Below are positions 23,187 through 35,263 of a stretch of DNA of 37,287 nt, in pieces (within the stretch, counting starts at the first letter, position 1; each line of letters opens with the position of its first letter). This DNA comes from Pelomyxa schiedti (taxonomy: Eukaryota > Protista > Evosea): contig JAHLWZ010000020.1 in NCBI GenBank assembly GCA_020536535.1, forward strand, positions 1 to 37,287, in the 5' to 3' direction. Below the pieces are notes generated by a model. The model saw only the letters and a program-made list of their open reading frames with translations. It was not told where the DNA came from and did not search any database. Both the position numbers and the translations under genes were made by a program.

Positions 23187-24527
23187 TCATGCTCTTGCCA
23201 GGGAAAATGAATGGGGCAGGAATGACACACCCAAATACTCAGGGGGCAGTGGCTGGCGCAGAAGCCAACGGCCTGTTGTGGCGTCACACAAATCCACGCA
23301 TCCAGGCTCCCACAGTGCCACGCACCCGCACCCGCACTTGAACCTGCTGCCCTGGTTGACATAGAACACTCGGCCAGAGTGTGACAGTATTTTGGCAGTG
23401 GAGAACACCTGCAGCTTCCTGTTCACCTCGTCGAACTCGGCAAAGTGCCAGGAGTCAACCTTTCGTGGCTTGATGTAGCACAGGCACACAGTGACCCTGT
23501 TATCCAGGGACTTGAATACGTACTGCACTGAGGAAACCTGCTGCTCATGTGGTGATGCACCAGTAGCCATCATAAGCTTGCCTGCAGGTGACAGCAGAAT
23601 CATTCTCCTCACATTCCGTTTGGAGTAGCCCCGGCATCTGTACTTGATCACCATCTGCCCTGTTGTGTATGTAGCCTTCAGGTCCACGCACCACGCACCT
23701 GCCTTTCTTCCTTCCTGCACTGTCACCACTGCTTCGTCCTCATCCCTCTCCTCCAGAAGGTCAAGCCATTTCATGACCTTTCCCTCCGGTACCTGAATAA
23801 TTGCTATCTGAGGACAAGAACCATCTTCAGGAACAGGCCACAGCACGAAACTGTTGCAGCCGTAGTGCCTCTGCCCGTACATTATTGCCCACCTTCTGCC
23901 CCTCTTGAACTTCCAGAGAGTCAGCAAGGAATCAGCGGGAGGCAGTGAGCACAGCCCCCTTCCATTGTTCACATCATAAATTCCCCATGGCCCCAGGAAG
24001 CTGCCCCACACAGCCAAGCCCCTCCCAGCCCACCCCTGAACCTCCATAACCTCCCTTGGAATGCACGCACTCAACACATCCACCACCCCCCCAGTATGTG
24101 ACACTCCCACAGTCACACACAGCTGCACCCACACAGGCGCACCATTATTATTCTTATTAGTATTCTGCTGTTGCTGGTCAGCAGGTGGGTCCTGAGCACC
24201 ACCCCCCCCACCGGCGGCGGGGGAACTATGGACCAGCATTGTGATGGCCAGCCTTGTGTGGGGCCGCAGGACCCACGTGCGGCCGATGTGGTCCCGGAGC
24301 AGGGAGGCAGGAAGCCGGCGGGCGGGGCAGCCGAGGCCGCAGCGGCGGCAGCAGGACCCCACGCAGAGGGCCAGCAGCTGCCCGCGGGCCCACGCCGCGT
24401 AACTTATGGGCGGGAACTGCGGGGGAGGCGAGGGAGGGGCTGCGGGGGCGGGAGTAATGAACGAGGAATTTTGTTGTTGTTGGGGTTGGTGGTTAAGTTG
24501 GTTGGTAGGAGGTGTTGTTCGGCTCAT
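23187..24527 (-). CDS. Family B member, intact and intronless (446 aa)
   Basis: Long ORF with WARGQLLALCVG...RCG...PARRLPASLLRDHIGRTWVL, VGVSHTGGVV, RRWAI and LCDATTG motifs shared with its paralogues. Confidence 0.8.
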   Translation of the reverse strand: MSRTTPPTNQLNHQPQQQQNSSFITPAPAAPPSPPPQFPPISYAAWARGQLLALCVGSCCRRCGLGCPARRLPASLLRDHIGRTWVLRPHTRLAITMLVHSSPAAGGGGGAQDPPADQQQQNTNKNNNGAPVWVQLCVTVGVSHTGGVVDVLSACIPREVMEVQGWAGRGLAVWGSFLGPWGIYDVNNGRGLCSLPPADSLLTLWKFKRGRRWAIMYGQRHYGCNSFVLWPVPEDGSCPQIAIIQVPEGKVMKWLDLLEERDEDEAVVTVQEGRKAGAWCVDLKATYTTGQMVIKYRCRGYSKRNVRRMILLSPAGKLMMATGASPHEQQVSSVQYVFKSLDNRVTVCLCYIKPRKVDSWHFAEFDEVNRKLQVFSTAKILSHSGRVFYVNQGSRFKCGCGCVALWEPGCVDLCDATTGRWLLRQPLPPEYLGVSFLPHSFSLARA

Positions 24528-24648
24528 CGTCTCGGGTTTTTTTTTTTTTTACGATCGTTTTTCGTTTCGTGCAGTTGTTCGGGGATTTTTTTTCTTTTTC
24601 TTTTTGTGATGGTGATGGGATTTTTTTCAGAAAACATCGCCATTGTTG

Positions 24649-25960
24649 TTAACTGATGAGAGTTGCAAGTGTGAGGCCTGTTTGGACATCAGTGAACAGG
24701 TGTGTGGGCGTGGGTTTGCTCCTGTTGGTGGATTATTGCATCTGTTGCACTGCTCCGTTGCCAACGACCTTCCATGCCACAATTCCTTGTTGTGTGGGGC
24801 CATGGTCAAGTGGAACAACCACACTGGGCATTGGCGAAAAACAGGTCATGCAAGGAGTGTGCATGTCTCTGGTGTTGTAGACGTTCAATGTGCCCGTTGG
24901 TGCCTCCACAGAAATATACCCCCTTCCAATGGAAGAGATACAGCTAACCACAAAATCGAATGTGTGCAGCTCCCCTGTGTTGTACACACTCTCACGCTGG
25001 ATCGTGCACAGTGGCTCCGATAGTGTGCAACTCATAACTCCTTTCAGGCTTTTGGGGATGACAATCTCCTTTGTAAAGTCACTCGTTCACCCGCCACAGC
25101 CTCACCACCTGCGAACCGCATCCCACAATCCAGTGGCTGTTGCACTGCAGTCCCTCTATATACGAGGGATCATTTATCAGTGTGCTGAGGACCCTTCCGG
25201 ACCNNNNNNNNNNNNNNNNNNNNNNNNNNNNNNNNNNNNNNNNNNNNNNNNNNNNNNNNNNNNNNNNNNNNNNNNNNNNNNNNNNNNNNNNNNNNNNNNN
25301 NNNTCGTTCACCCGCCACAGCCTCACCACCTGCGAACCGCATCCCACAATCCAGTGGCTGTTGCACTGCAGTCCCTCTATATACGAGGGATCATTTATCA
25401 GTGTGCTGAGGACCCTTCCGGACCCGTCAACAACCACTGTGGTGCTGTGGAGCGGCTCGACAGTGGTGTATTCCGTGGCCAAGAACCTGTCGGAGCGGGT
25501 ACTGCAGCACCCACTGAAGTCCCATAATCCGAGACAGTCCAGCCGAATCGCCCACATGCCGCACTTCACAACACCAAGTGTTGGGGACACCCCAATGAAC
25601 AGGTTCAGCCTCAGGGTTTTTGCTGAGGCGAGTGATGGTGTGGTGGCTACTTGCAATGATTCCAGGAAGTGTCCAGTAGATCGGGAACGCTGCCGTGCTG
25701 CTCACGCAGAACACCCAAGAGCGGCCAAACTCAGCCACGACAGACGGGGCAGAAGACAGCAAGCCGATCCCGGACGTAGGCATTGTGGGATTGGTGGTGG
25801 CCGATCCACCGCGGCACCTCGGGACGAGGGCCCCGCACGCAAACGCAACGAACTGATCCACCGCTGAAAAGTTTGTCGTGAGGCTCACGATGTCGCGACA
25901 GTCATACGTGATGTTGTTGCCATCCTCAACATCTGTTGTTGTGTTTCGGCTGATCATCAT
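24649..25960 (-). pseudogene. Family B pseudogene
   Basis: Motifs AVDQFVAFACG...RC...GRSWVF, IGVSPTLGVV, CNSHWIV and FTDVQTG lie in different frames. Frame breaks at ~25650 and ~25080, and an in-frame TAA at 24733-24735. Spans an N gap. Confidence 0.72.
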
Positions 25961-26062
25961 TTTCGGCTTCCTGGAATTGATTGATACTCTCCGTGTGGTG
26001 TGTTGTTGGTTTAGAACAAAATCAATCAAGTCAATTGTATTGTGGGAAGGGGCTCTCTCAGT

Positions 26063-29000
26063 TCATGATGTGTACTGCCTCTTGATATCCTCATCAGCCC
26101 ATGTGGCCCTTGAGCTCACAAAGTCTGGCATGTTGGCAAGTACCGCTGTGTTCAGTGTGTGGTGTAATGTTAGCCCGGCACTATTATTTATTTTAATAGA
26201 AGATGCGTATGTAATGCTATTTTAATTTTGTTTTTGTTTTTTGGGGGTGGGGAATTACATCCGCCAAACCAAGCAAGGTATTTCCGGTTGTGCGGAGCAA
26301 TGCACTTGATTTCTCTCCGCCTGAGGCCTCCTTTGCTAACTCGGGCGAACACTTCATTTTCGAGTCTCTCTTCAAATCCTGCAAATTGTGGGTGTTAAGC
26401 GAGCATTTCCGGCAAGGAACTGTGGAAAGAACCAACCTTGGAATAGAGTGGAACCGCCAATTAAAACAATGTGTGATAATAATTCCTTCCGGTAATCAAT
26501 GGGGCACCTTGAAACGCAGTCACAGAGGCTGGCATGAAGCCCCGGCACATCCAGGCCAATGTCATTTGGCTTAAAGAGAACCTGAGGAAATGTAAATAAT
26601 GCTAATGGCATGAAAATGTGCTTTTAACCTCAGGGCACAAGAATCGCTCTTGTCCGACTGTAATTACTTTACCATCCGGGAGAGTGAAGTCCATGTTTAT
26701 TTCACGTTCCTTTCTGGCCAGTTCCTTTTCAGGCTCGAGAGCAACATAACACACAGATTCTTTGATCTTCCGCACTTGGTCGGTTTGCTGCATCGGTATT
26801 AAGGAAATTTAATGCGGGGGATGAATAGGACCAACCATGGCACTGGACATGTTGAAGAAATAGCCTTTTCGGGTTAATAGCCTTGCCATATGCTCAGTGA
26901 GACCAGCTACCCCCCTTTTCAATTTGTAAACTGCCGCCTCGATAACGTGACCATCGATCACCGGCACAATTTGAAGGCTGTCAAAAATGAGGGAAAAAAC
27001 TTGAAGAAGGTTTTGTTTTGGGAACTGTACCGATTTCCGCAATCAACAACGAGACCGGTAAATAATCCCAGTGAATACAAGCTCAGAACAGCGGGGTTGG
27101 CAATGTGCAAAGCTGGCACACATAAATTATTGAAGAAAACATCTGTCATGTCTTCCCGGGATTTCGCACTCATATTTGGCAGCTCTGTGAGCAACATCTA
27201 CATACAACTTAGTTAAAAAAATGAAACCAGTATTTCTATCTTTTGGTTTTACCGGATGTGTGGTTGGGTCAATTCCAAGTTCTTCAAGGAAAGTATGTTC
27301 CTTGTAACATATAAATCAGCATACAAAATAGATGTGTGAGTGAGAGTACCCATATTTCGGAAATTCCTTCCCAGTCCACGTCACTCCTGGGATCCACCGG
27401 GCAAGATACTTTTAGCTTATCCCTGTATTTATATTAAAAAACACGTTTGGAACTAAGGTAAAAAAAGTACTTGTGGAGAGCGTTGGGGCCCACAAATATA
27501 TAGTCGTCTGTAAAGGGGAACAACAAGAAAAGATCAGATTACAACAGTAATGAATGTCTCTTGGAGTAGTCCCATACCTTCATAGCCAACCATCGAGGGC
27601 ACTAAGCATCGTGGTATCTCTTCTCCAGCCACACCAGCCTGAACTGAGTATTACTCAAAAAATTTACTCTTTCAAAGCTGAAACCTTTACATAGCTGCTT
27701 CCTGTGTCAACCACAATAGGGGTCATCCTTGGAACTGTCACGCAAAAACTGTTATTTATGAAAATTTGCCAAAAAGGAAAGCAAACCAATTTTTCGTGCA
27801 ACGCCATGGAAACTGGAGCTCTACGAGTGTTGTTACTTTCTGTTACAAAGGGGAAAACTTTTGTACACACTGAGGAAAGGCCACCTTCATTTTGGAAAAC
27901 TTCAGATGCAGGGGCACTGGATTTCTTAAAAGCCGCCAGGGAAGATGTTCTGTTGAGCCCTCGATTTGATCCTGTTCTTTTCAGAGGTGGAAGAGCATGG
28001 AAAGCGGTGAGTGCAGATGAATTTGTTGTTGGTGGCACCGGACTATTATCTGGTGGCGTTATTTGTGGAGCGTGCTCCAAAATCGCTGACGGAGGCTCTG
28101 GAATGGAGTCTGTGGAATCGGCTGATGGGAGTGGGGGAGGAAGAGGAGTTGTTTTCCCTGGATGTGGAGGTGTGGGCTTTGGCATCGCTGGGGGTGGAGG
28201 CTTTGAAGTGCTTGGGGGTGGTGGTGGAGGTGCTGTCCTGGATGGTGGAGGAGGAATGGGTTTTGTGGGTATCGTTGGTTTTGCAGATTTTTCACTTTGC
28301 TCTTCTGTTGTTGTTGCCTGTGGAATTTTGGGAGGTGGAGGTGGGGGTCTCACTGAAGGTGGAACGTGGTGGTGAGTGTCAATGCATGCAGCTTGATCAG
28401 TGGGTGTAGGGTGAGGACATACAGATTCAAGAGAAGATTCCGGGGAATGTTGTGTGGGATGTTGCAGTTCGGGTGGTGGACTTGTCTTTTTGGGGATGAG
28501 AGACAAAGGGGTAGATTTACGCAGCAGCAGTGGAATTGGCTTTGAAATAGGTTTATCGGCTGGTTGTTCAGGGGTTGCTGAAAGACCTGCGCAATGATGG
28601 TAAGATACACCAGCAGGGGGGAGTGGTGGAGGAAGAAGAGGAAGTTCCCGCTTAGAGTGTGTGTGGACTTTTGTGTTGTGACTGTTCAACGACGTGGCTT
28701 CTGGGCTGATGTCAGTATTTAAATTATGCTTTTTTTTTTAAAAAAAAACAACCAAACAAAAAAAATGAAAGGGTATTGAGAAGGTAAAGGAAAATTAAAT
28801 TTCACTAATACGGGGACACTGAATTAATATTTTCTACATATAATAGTAATTTAGTACCGACCAATTTTTTCCGAGCCCACTGACGGGATTGGGTCACCCA
28901 ACCCATAATCGTCCTTGTGGAAGGGTGCAAGTGTCGGTGGTGGAGAAGAATGCGCGGCAGCGAAATCCAGGAGCGCCGAGAACAGCGGAACTTGGAACGC

Positions 29001-29093
29001 GAATTCAACAACAAAGCCTTGTTCCCCATCATCCTCGTTTGGTTGTTGCTGTTCAACTTCGTCACAACACCACCACTCTCTCGGCCGAATCAT
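26063..29093 (-). CDS. Actin-related protein with ~390-aa proline-rich N-terminal extension and WH2-like motif
   Basis: Actin-fold motifs IVVDTGSSYVK/AG, LLTELP, PAVLSLYSLGLFTGLVVDCG, VPVIDG, VRKIKESVCYVA, FTLPDGKVITVGQERFLCPE, CPIDYRKELLSHIVLIGGSTLFQG. The proline-rich ORF 27664..28689 runs in frame into the first actin motif. Exon 1 (from ATG 29093) joins in phase 2. Confidence 0.88.
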
Positions 29094-29208
29094 TTTTTTT
29101 TTTGTTTGTGGACAGACCAACAAGGCCGACTTTCGCTGAAGCATCATTCCTGGTCTTTTCTTAGAAGTTGTTTCTGATCACGTTCACTTCTAAGACCCTT
29201 TTTGCTTG

Positions 29209-31877
29209 ATGACTACAACCACAACCACAGAACGGGAGGCGCCTGGCGTTTATGTAGTTACAGTCGCCGCTGGCAGAGACACTTCCTCCTCCTCCCGCAG
29301 CGTCGGGCTCTCATCGGCGGTGTCGCACGTGATGCTGGTGTCGCGGGTGGTCTGGGAGTGGGTGGTGGCCCCAGGCTGGCTGCGAGTCCCGCAGCCGCCG
29401 CTGGACTCGCGGTCGCCGCCGCGGGGGGACGACGACGGGTACCCGGGCGGGGGCAGCAGCTACTTTGTGGATCTGATGCGGGTGGCTGGGGGGCTGTTCC
29501 CCCTGGTGCCGCGGGTGTGCGCCCTCGTCGCGGCGACGTGCCCCCCCGGCGCGTCGAGGTACCTAGGGGTCAGGTGCGCCGCGCAGGCCCGCGCGCTGTC
29601 GTGCGTGGAGTGGATGGTCACACATCCGCATCACTATCCTCGCCGGGTACCAGTGCCTGATGATGATGATGATGNNNNNNNNNNNNNNNNNNNNNNNNNN
29701 NNNNNNNNNNNNNNNNNNNNNNNNNNNNNNNNNNNNNNNNNNNNNNNNNNNNNNNNNNNNNNNNNNNNNNNNNNTCGAGGTACCTAGGGGTCAGGTGCGC
29801 CGCGCAGGCCCGCGCGCTGTCGTGCGTGGAGTGGATGGTCACACATCCGCATCACTATCCTCGCCGGGTACCAGTGCCTGATGATGATGATGATGACGTG
29901 CAGGTTCACAAACCAATGGTGGCGGTTACGAGGTATGCCTGTGGTGGGTGGGTAGAATGAACTAATGAATATGTTGAAAATGTATATACCACATAGAGGT
30001 ATGCCATACAAGTATAAGTATACTCTAGTATCAACTAACCTAATGTTCAAACTGGTCTCTAACAATAAAATGAAGGAGTATCGTGGACAAGGCGTGTCGC
30101 AATGTGCTTATTGGTCTTCTGCGTGGTGGAAATCTGGATTTGGCAGAGAAGTTTGTGAAGAGTGGTGAGAGTTGCACCAACGAGAGGGTACTACCACCGT
30201 CTGCACTCCCTACAAATCAAACCGAAAGTGGAAGTGGTCCAGTGCACCCAGTGCACCCAGTGCTGAGGTGGCCAGGGGCTCCGGGATCACTTGAAGATCA
30301 AGACATGAAAGAGAACATGAAGGGGGATGCTTCACTCAAGTCACTGTTGTGTGTCTGCCGTGACACTCCAGCGGAGGCTGTGAAGTGGTTTGTGGAGTGG
30401 TCCGGGATTAGAGAGCCTTGGGAGATTCTGGGGATGTTCAGCAGTGCTGTTGAGTGGGGGAACTCTGAGGTTGCGAAGTGGCTGGTGACAAAGTTCAACC
30501 TGGCAGAGGTGTTCGACTCAGAAACGATGATTTTCAATGTGACCGAGATGATTGAGAGAGGGAGGTGCCCTGCTCTTGTAAAATGGTGGCAGGCCGAATT
30601 TCCTTCTCATCAACTGAATGTGTGTTTTCTTCCCCTGACATGCAATCCCTTTGCTTCTGTTGAACTGTGCCAGTGGGTGAAAGATCACGCGGGATCCAGT
30701 TTCCCACCTTTATTCCTTACTTCAGCAACTAATCCACGTTGCTTGAGATGGGCCATCGAAGAGTTCTCCCTCTCACCAACAGAAGGGTGCCTGAACAACG
30801 CTGCCGCAATGGGTGATGCTGAAGTGGTTGAATGGATGGTTCTGGAGAAGAGAGTTGCACCCACACCCACAACTTTTATCAAGGCATGCGGAGCCGCGAC
30901 TGAAAACTTGGGGCTTGTGAAGTGGTTGGTGTCACAGAAGCTCACACCACCTTCACCTCGAGTCCTGGAAGAGGCACTTCAGGAGGCTCTGTCCCACAAC
31001 AACACCAGGATTGCAGATTGGCTGGAACTCACATTTCAAGCGATGAGTGTTATCAACACCAACCCTGTGGCTCTGGTAAGAATCTGCGTGAAATTGCGTG
31101 ATGAAAACCTGGCAGGATTAACGTGGTTCCTTCAGCACGCCGTTCTTTCTCAAGTTCCTGAGAGATCCGTTGTGGATGCAATACATGTTACAAAGCACTT
31201 GTTGAGTGCTGCCTTTCTGCTTGTGGACTCCTTTCACGTCTCACTGGAAAAAAGTTCAAATTCAGACACACTTCTCAGCCTTTTGAGGGAAGTTTTTGAA
31301 CGTGGGAATGTCTCTGATTTGAAGAGAATGCACTCCCTGTGCCCTTTGTCGGCTCGCACCATTTCGTATTCCTTGCCTTTCAGCAGAATCGTTCGCTCAG
31401 CCAAGTCAATCAAGTGGTTGGTGTCACACATTGGAGTGGAATTCTTCAAGAAGAATGGAAATTACACCTGGCTGCTCCGACCATCAATTGCTTCAAACAA
31501 GGTTCATTGCACAGAGTGGTTGATTGACACCCTGGACCTCAACATGTCACAGGTAACTCTGGCCCCCCATTTGATGATTATTTCATTTCTCAATAAAACT
31601 GCACCACAACTAGGTGATGCAACTGGCATCGTTCTGTGGAGAGGAGGCACTTTCTTTTGAGGTTCCCACAATGAAGCTACTTGTGCGCAAGTTCCCAGAC
31701 ATTGACATCAGGGAGTTCATGGGCCAAGTTGCAAGTTTCTCAGCATCAACTGTGGCGCTGTGCATGGACAAGCTTTCACTGACACCCCAAGAGATAGAAG
31801 AGTTCTGCAGTGAGGAGGACATACTAAAAGATGATGTCCGCCTGCTTCTCCTTTCCAGAGCCAAACCAAACCCTTAG
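29209..31877 (+). CDS. Family A (ankyrin-like repeat) protein
   Basis: N-terminal VSRVVWEWVV...LFPLV...CVEWMV, then GLLRGGNL and degenerate ankyrin-like repeats (AVEWGNSEVAKWL, AAAMGDAEVVEWM). Introns 29933-30075 and ~31553-31613. Spans an N gap with a 121-bp overlap. Confidence 0.8.
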
Positions 31878-32088
31878 AGTACAAAACTGTTGAAAGTACG
31901 AGTCACAGAATCAAAAAGTTTTTTCCCTGTGAGCAAGGAAGAGTGTGAAGCGGTCCTGGCAAAACGACAGTGTGGGTTCGTCGAATTTTTTGAAAAAAAA
32001 AAGGCGTGAAGAAAAGTCTCTGAAAAGGAGGAAACTGGGTTGCTTAAACCAAAAAAATTGAAATTTTGAAAAGGGAAACGCTCCACCT

Positions 32089-34564
32089 TTACAGGTGACC
32101 AAGCCACCACCTTGTTTGGGAGAGGGTATTATCCCTTTTATTGGCATTGCAGAAGTCCTTGATGTCATCAAGAGTGATCCCAAGATTGGTGTTGTCAATC
32201 GTGAACTGTGCATGAAGTGGTGTGGACGCAATGGTGCGCATGAAGTGCTTGATAGCAACATCTCTTGTGATGTCTGGGAAAATCTTCAGCATCGACTTCC
32301 ACGTCTCAATGTCAACTGAGGCCATTAACCTTCCCCTTTTTTCTTGTTCAGAGATCACCTGTAAAACGTGAGAGCTGTGTTCCAAAACGAAAAAAAGGTG
32401 AGAGTCCACACACATCATGGAGAGTGAATTTCAACTTGTGGAAAAGCCACTCTGCACATCCTCGTTTGTTTTGGCAAAGTATCCAGAGAAAAGTTGACAC
32501 CAGGAGACCGTTATTATCATGTGACTCTTCTCCCATGTGTGGTAGGCAGACAGAGGAAACAAACCACTTCGTTATTTTGGTGGATCGTGGATGGTTGTAA
32601 TCAAAGCATTGCATCAAATCATCATCTGTGAAGTCTCCAAATGACAAAACCTGCTTTATCTCGTAAAATGAGCCAGCCTCCATAGCCTTTTTCAACAATG
32701 TGACAAGGAGATCATGGTGCTCAACTGGTGACAAGGGAAACCTCTTCCACACTGACACAGCACGACTGACCTTGGATTTAACTGCATAACGACCTTGGAC
32801 AGCAGCTTTCACCACACTGAAAACCTCAGAAGGACTGCAGTCAATGTCACAGGAGTGGGAATGGGTGAGCACCCACTCAAGCCAGTCTTCACGTATTGGC
32901 CTTCGACGCAACAAAGGAAGTTTGGACAGAGAAACTTTTGGCCTTGAACCTGAAGTGGTGGTTATGTGTTGCTCCAACCATCTTGCAATGAAGCCATTTG
33001 GCACTGCCAAAGCACTGTGAAGTGCTCCAAGAAGGTCATCTTGGCACAGATCCCCACCAACTTTCTGGAACAACCACTTGAGGAATTCCACGTTGTCATG
33101 GGTTCCTGAACATGCCACCATGAAGTCGTCGGTTGTTGCTGCAACACCCTTCTCCTCAACAATCCACTTTCCAAACTGAACATCCCCAGTTCCCGTGCAC
33201 GTGCTACGCCAAATTCCTTCCAGTGCACTACTATCAGTGACATCAGAGACTGCCCACTGAACCACTTGTGCGTTTTTCAGCAGGCTTCTCGTGACGAGGA
33301 GAAATTGAGAACCATCCAGCGAGAAACGATCCTTGAGCCACTGGCACGTTTCAATGATCTCATCTGCTGAACACCCTTTGCACGATGCTGCTGAAGAAGC
33401 CAAGAATTGGGATTCACTGAAGTCCCAGTGTGGGAAGGTCTCCACGAAGAGTTTCACATCAGAAACTCTGTTTTTTCTTGGTTGGAATGAGCACTCCTGT
33501 CCCATTCGGCTCATCAACTCATCCAAGTCAAAGGTGCTCACCAGCCACTGGAGGATTTGAAGGTGACCACTGAGGATTGCCCCTCTGAGGCACCCACCAA
33601 GTACCTCTTTGTTTCCTTTGTTGATCTCCCCGCAGTTCCGCACAAGCCACTTCAACACATCCAAATGCCCATTTATGCTCACTTCCCCCATGATGTGGAA
33701 CACTCCCCTCTTGCTCCAGAATTCGCCACAGAGAGGAGAACTCCAACTCTTCAAATGAAAAGAAATCTTTAGAACAGTCGCATGATTTAAAGAGAGAGAT
33801 CCAAATACACACACCACACTGTCAGAACTTCTTGCTGTGAATGAATTATCACCACCACCATCACTGCTTGGTGGCCAAAGCACCAACGCCTTTGTATGTC
33901 CGGCGGTGGAACTGTCTATCTCTCCTCCCTCCTCGCACCAGAACTCACACCCGTTCTCCACGAACCTCTGAGCCATCTTCAAGTGTCCACCAACGCACAG
34001 CCCCCTCAGCACCGCCACCTGCTCCTTGGCCTTCCTCCTCCTCCGACGATCCATCTCCATCTCCGCATTCATGTAACCTTCATCCGAAGCTGATGATGCT
34101 AGCGGCAGGGCGTTGCCACGATTCTGGGACGACTTGTTTTGGATGAGCCACGCGACGCACCTCGGGCTGAGCGCCCCCGCCCCCGCCTCGATGGAGAGGT
34201 AGTGCCGCGACCTGCAGTGGGACTTGCTGTGCAGCAGCAGCACGGCGCGGGAGGCCAGGGCCACCAGGGGGAACATCGCCTCGGCCGTGGCGAGCACGCA
34301 CGACACAGCCCGGGGGCGTGGCAGCCATTCGTCGTCGTAGTAACACTCCTTGCGAGGAGCGAGGGCTGGGGGCAGGACCCAGGGCACCACCACTTGCTCC
34401 CAAACAACTCGTGAGATCCCCAAAATCGGCTGTTTCTCTGTTAGTGGTGGTGATGGATTGTTCAAGGTGGGGCCCTGTCTGTGCTTTGTTGGCGGTGGTG
34501 GTGATGGTGGGTGGAACTCGTCGGCGGTTGGGCTCCCCACGACTACGACGCTTGGGTTGTTCAT
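32089..34564 (-). CDS. Family A (ankyrin-like repeat) protein, tandem copy 1
   Basis: 738-aa ORF plus a terminal exon ending at 32089. Motifs ISRVVWEQVVVPW, MFPLV, GLCVGGHL, SINGHLDVLKWL and AILSGHLQILQWL. Confidence 0.85.
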
Positions 34565-35263
34565 CTCTACGTATCGTTTTTCTTGGAACCTGATTTGGCA
34601 ATTGTTCAGTGTGGCCTGTGTCTTTGATTAATAATCACAACCACCAAAAAATCGCTGCTACGTAGGGGAGACTATGCCACCCAAATGAAAAGGAACAAGT
34701 GGTACTCTCCCATTTGCTTTTCGTCGTCTTTCCCGCCACACACCGTTCCATTTGCTTGTTTCTTATTTTATTTATCATAGTTGCGTTTATTTTTACTATT
34801 TAACAAATCTATCTAACATAATAAGCTGCCTGTTATGTTTCGTTAATGTATTAACTTTTTTATAAATTTAAAGTAATTACGCAGGTAACTTTTTTCCATT
34901 CAACCTGAGTGAGAAGTCTCCGGCATTAAACCAGTATTTACGGCAGCTTTCCACTGGTATGTGGCTTCTTCTTTCTTCGTTTTCTCACGTAAGATAATTT
35001 AGGTGCCGGACATGGTGGAGGTCATCCCAGCTGGCTAGGTAACCAGTAGCTTTTTTTTTTTTACAGCTGGGCCCAGCTGCCACGATGACAACCACCAACG
35101 TACATCCCCCCTTGTGTAACTACCACTCTGGACTGGTGGGCACCAGGCCGAAAAACGCACAGGTGGGCTACAGGGTAGAGTACATGGTGAGTATGGGAGA
35201 TTTCTCTTGATCAGTTCGATTCTGAGTGGGGCATTTAATTTTTCTTCAATTTGGGCGTGTGTG

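Noticed and set aside
24733-24735. In-frame TAA suggesting stop-codon reassignment
   Set aside because: The same gene has frameshifts, and TAA, TAG and TGA all end intact genes in this window. Pseudogenisation is simpler.
25083-25424. Direct repeat 25083-25203 / 25304-25424 around an N gap
   Set aside because: Exactly 121 bp, identical and flanking a 100-N gap, which indicates an unmerged contig overlap (assembly artefact).
29554-29895. Direct repeat 29554-29674 / 29775-29895 around an N gap
   Set aside because: Same 121-bp overlap signature, ending in a (GAT)n tract. Artefact.
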